Positions 61,518-64,000 of a DNA stretch of 64,000 nt are shown here, one piece after another. Below the pieces are notes generated by a model, which was given only the letters and a program-made list of their open reading frames with translations, made no database searches and was not told the origin of the DNA. This DNA comes from Perkinsela sp. CCAP 1560/9 (taxonomy: Eukaryota > Protista > Euglenozoa: Kinetoplastea). Numbering within the stretch: position 1 is the first letter of the stretch; every line of letters starts with the position of its first letter. The position numbers were made by a program, and so were the translations under genes. The DNA is taken from contig CBFFSA010000007.1 in assembly GCA_965644495.1 (NCBI GenBank), positions 806,001-870,000 on the forward strand. The letters run 5' to 3'.

Positions 61518-64000
61518 TTAAAATAGTTGGGGGATGGCATGCAGCCTCTGCAAAGTTGTGTATGTTCTTCGGGCTAGATGAGGCCCAAAATATTCAATAG
61601 AAGCCAATAGAGATGGAAGTTTCTCCGGGTAATTGAGAACCGCATCCTTGCACTCTAGAATTCGGCGGAGAACCTTTACAACCGCTTCTTCATCATCGAT
61701 ATCAAGGGCCTGTAAGGTCGATAGCAAATCGGTCAACGTGGCAAACGAGAATGTATCCAGAGCCTCTAAAGTACGGTGAGTCAAGTTAGGCACTACAGTG
61801 TCAAGCATTTGGTACGTTTCCGCGAAACTGGACTTCTGCAACTGCGTGACGGAACGTAGGGCCTCGAGGCAAAGAGAGGAAGGTACACGAAACATGATAG
61901 TTCTCCCACGAGTAAGAATTAGCTTTGTGATACGTAGAAGTTTCGGAAGGTCAGCTCCATCATACGCGCGAACAATCATTGTAGCGGACGTGGGAGTTAT
62001 AGCGTACCGGGTTTCCTGTTCCCCTTCTGGTGAAGAAGAACTCATGCTTTCATTTATCAACGTTTCCATGTGATGCAAAATTTCTTTGCGCGAGAGGGAC
62101 ATATGAGCTTCGTCATTGTCATCGAAGGTGCTGCAGGTTGCGTTGACGATACTTGCCAAAGTATTCATGTCTTGCCAAGGAAGGGTAGTACATTGAACGT
62201 CACGGAGTGGAAGGTACTGTGCCGCGCAAGGATGATACAACAGTACGGTGGCCATGTCCTCTCCTTGAAGCGCGGAACAAAGATAAGTAAGTTGATTCTT
62301 CATATTCCCTAAGTCGAGTCCGGGTAACTTGGAGGCCGCACACAACGACAAAACAATATCTTTGCGTGGGTGACTGCCTTTTGCAAAACTAAGTGCATAT
62401 TCTCCTATTAACATAACCGTATGAGGTTGAAGGAGCGCAGCCCATCGGTGGCAAAAGTCAATAATTTGTACCAAGAAAGATCCGTTAATCACGCACTTCT
62501 CCAGAAGGACTTTTATGATATTGTGTAGAGGCTGCTGTATCTTCTCCTGGTACCGTAACATTGTGTTCATCAGCGTAAGTAGGTGGTTTCCTTTCCACGA
62601 AGTCCCAGAAATAGTACGCAATCGATCCACAAGTGGTTGCCAAACTTCTGTACTTTCACATATCCCGCAGGCAGCAAGCGTTGAAAGAAGAGTCGTGACC
62701 TCATATCCATTCAAGCGTGGTGCAAGATCTCGCAAGATCCATAAAATTTGGGAAATACCCACCCGCCGGGGTGCTTTGCTAAGTGTTTGAAGAGACCAAT
62801 TACAGTCCATTGCAGTGCCTTCCTTAAGTAAGCGGTGAAAGCATTTCCGAAGGAGCAGCATTTCATCTGGGCTGTGATTCATGCATTCGTTTGCCATAAA
62901 CACGACAAGTTCCTGTAGTTTTAGAATCTGAACTCCAGGGAATACTTTTTGCTTAAGATCATGCAGTAAGTTGGCGTCGTGAAAATATGGTTGCCCAACT
63001 GCTGCACACATTCTGGTAGCTTGTGCTGAAGATAGTAACGGAAGTTTCTTCTCCATTGATCCACAGAGAAGCTCGCCCACTTCGTACGGTAAGTTCTCAT
63101 AGCGAAACATGGGTAGGCAAAACTGGGTGAATTCCATTGAATTCATTGAAGGTAAAAGACGGTGCATGTGGGGCAGGATTGCTTCGACAACTCTACAGGA
63201 CATTTCTTCCCCTTTCGTGTACGCCTTGAGAAGATATCCTAATTGCTGGCTGCTTAAATGAGAACCCGTCTTCAGAATTCTAACAGTTTTCTGGGTGGTA
63301 TTGCTTAGATCAGCCCCTATGCGGCTAAGACAGAGGACCACGCTCCCAATATTTTCCTCGTTGAGCGAAATTTGATGAAAACTTTTGATCAAGTGAATTT
63401 TCACTTCTTCTCTAGCATCGTAGCTGTGTCTAACAAGCTGAACTATTAGATTGGTAAGCGTTGAAGCCGAATATTCTTCAAATGAAGTGCAGCAAACCAA
63501 GGAAGAAGAAAACTCGGCGAAATCAAGATCCTTTTCAGAATTCAAGGACTCCCATGAATTGAGGATACGGGCAAGTTGTACTGGGTTAATTTCAATTTCT
63601 CGCAAACGTGAAATACAAGCATCTTGTAAATCGCGATCCAGAGTAATAGAAAACTGTTTTGCAATTGATGCAATCCAGCTGATACTTTCGGCAAACCCAT
63701 TCGTCAGTATTAAAGATGAAAGCTGTTTAATGCACTTAACGGATGGATATCCGAGTACTGTGTATGCGTAGGCAGTTTGAATCGTGCTATCCGACTTTAG
63801 TAGCCCCCGAGTAGAAAAGTAAGCGTTGTCAATCTCCTTTCGTATATTCTCACTTTTCCATTTCGCCTGAAGGAAAACGCCTCGAATAAGAAACGGAATT
63901 TCGCTGGCGTCTAAACTTTTGGACCTAATGCATTGAATTACAAAGGGCTCAATAACTTTCATAAGCGTGCCAAGTATTTCCACACCTGTCTCACTGCGTG
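61518..64000 (-). CDS. Large helical-repeat protein (FAST/RAP/RESC-like); 5' end beyond the window
   Basis: >821-aa frame open to the window edge; repeated Leu-rich helices (e.g. LNGYEVTTLLSTLAACG). Confidence 0.6.
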   Translation of the reverse strand, partial: RSETGVEILGTLMKVIEPFVIQCIRSKSLDASEIPFLIRGVFLQAKWKSENIRKEIDNAYFSTRGLLKSDSTIQTAYAYTVLGYPSVKCIKQLSSLILTNGFAESISWIASIAKQFSITLDRDLQDACISRLREIEINPVQLARILNSWESLNSEKDLDFAEFSSSLVCCTSFEEYSASTLTNLIVQLVRHSYDAREEVKIHLIKSFHQISLNEENIGSVVLCLSRIGADLSNTTQKTVRILKTGSHLSSQQLGYLLKAYTKGEEMSCRVVEAILPHMHRLLPSMNSMEFTQFCLPMFRYENLPYEVGELLCGSMEKKLPLLSSAQATRMCAAVGQPYFHDANLLHDLKQKVFPGVQILKLQELVVFMANECMNHSPDEMLLLRKCFHRLLKEGTAMDCNWSLQTLSKAPRRVGISQILWILRDLAPRLNGYEVTTLLSTLAACGICESTEVWQPLVDRLRTISGTSWKGNHLLTLMNTMLRYQEKIQQPLHNIIKVLLEKCVINGSFLVQIIDFCHRWAALLQPHTVMLIGEYALSFAKGSHPRKDIVLSLCAASKLPGLDLGNMKNQLTYLCSALQGEDMATVLLYHPCAAQYLPLRDVQCTTLPWQDMNTLASIVNATCSTFDDNDEAHMSLSRKEILHHMETLINESMSSSSPEGEQETRYAITPTSATMIVRAYDGADLPKLLRITKLILTRGRTIMFRVPSSLCLEALRSVTQLQKSSFAETYQMLDTVVPNLTHRTLEALDTFSFATLTDLLSTLQALDIDDEEAVVKVLRRILECKDAVLNYPEKLPSLLASIEYFGPHLARRTYTTLQRLHAIPQLF

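Noticed and set aside
52-63771. All plus-strand ORFs in the track
   Set aside because: They are antisense shadows of minus-strand genes or products of stop-poor low-complexity DNA; no recognisable domains.
1-64000. tRNA or rRNA genes
   Set aside because: No cloverleaf with T-loop consensus or extended rRNA match noticed by eye; tRNAscan-SE was not run.

Overview
This is an intron-less, gene-dense eukaryotic window in which every recognisable gene lies on the minus strand, consistent with one polycistronic transcription unit. Lineage markers point to a kinetoplastid: trypanosome-type Grx2, a Tim11-like small Tim, an M32 carboxypeptidase, a base-J-type glucosyltransferase, an ApaH-like phosphatase and kinetoplastid-type mL46/uS11m. 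Short spacers and divergent proteins suggest a non-trypanosomatid such as a Perkinsela-like organism (inference). About 35 CDS are supported, including an HSL esterase missing from the ORF track and an M32 gene split by one in-frame TAG at a conserved Trp position. Non-coding content comprises a degenerate CRE-clade non-LTR retrotransposon with a structured, repeat-rich 3' flank, two TA-flanked MITEs, a 1-kb inverted-repeat element and a snoRNA cluster. The most unusual signal is a set of ~0.6-1.2 kb GC-rich islands, often ~9-11 kb apart, where the + strand flips from C/A-rich to G/T-rich. The flip occurs even at synonymous codon positions inside conserved genes, making these candidate fixed replication origins or other strand-asymmetric mutation foci. 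Homology calls rest on recalled motifs, not database searches.
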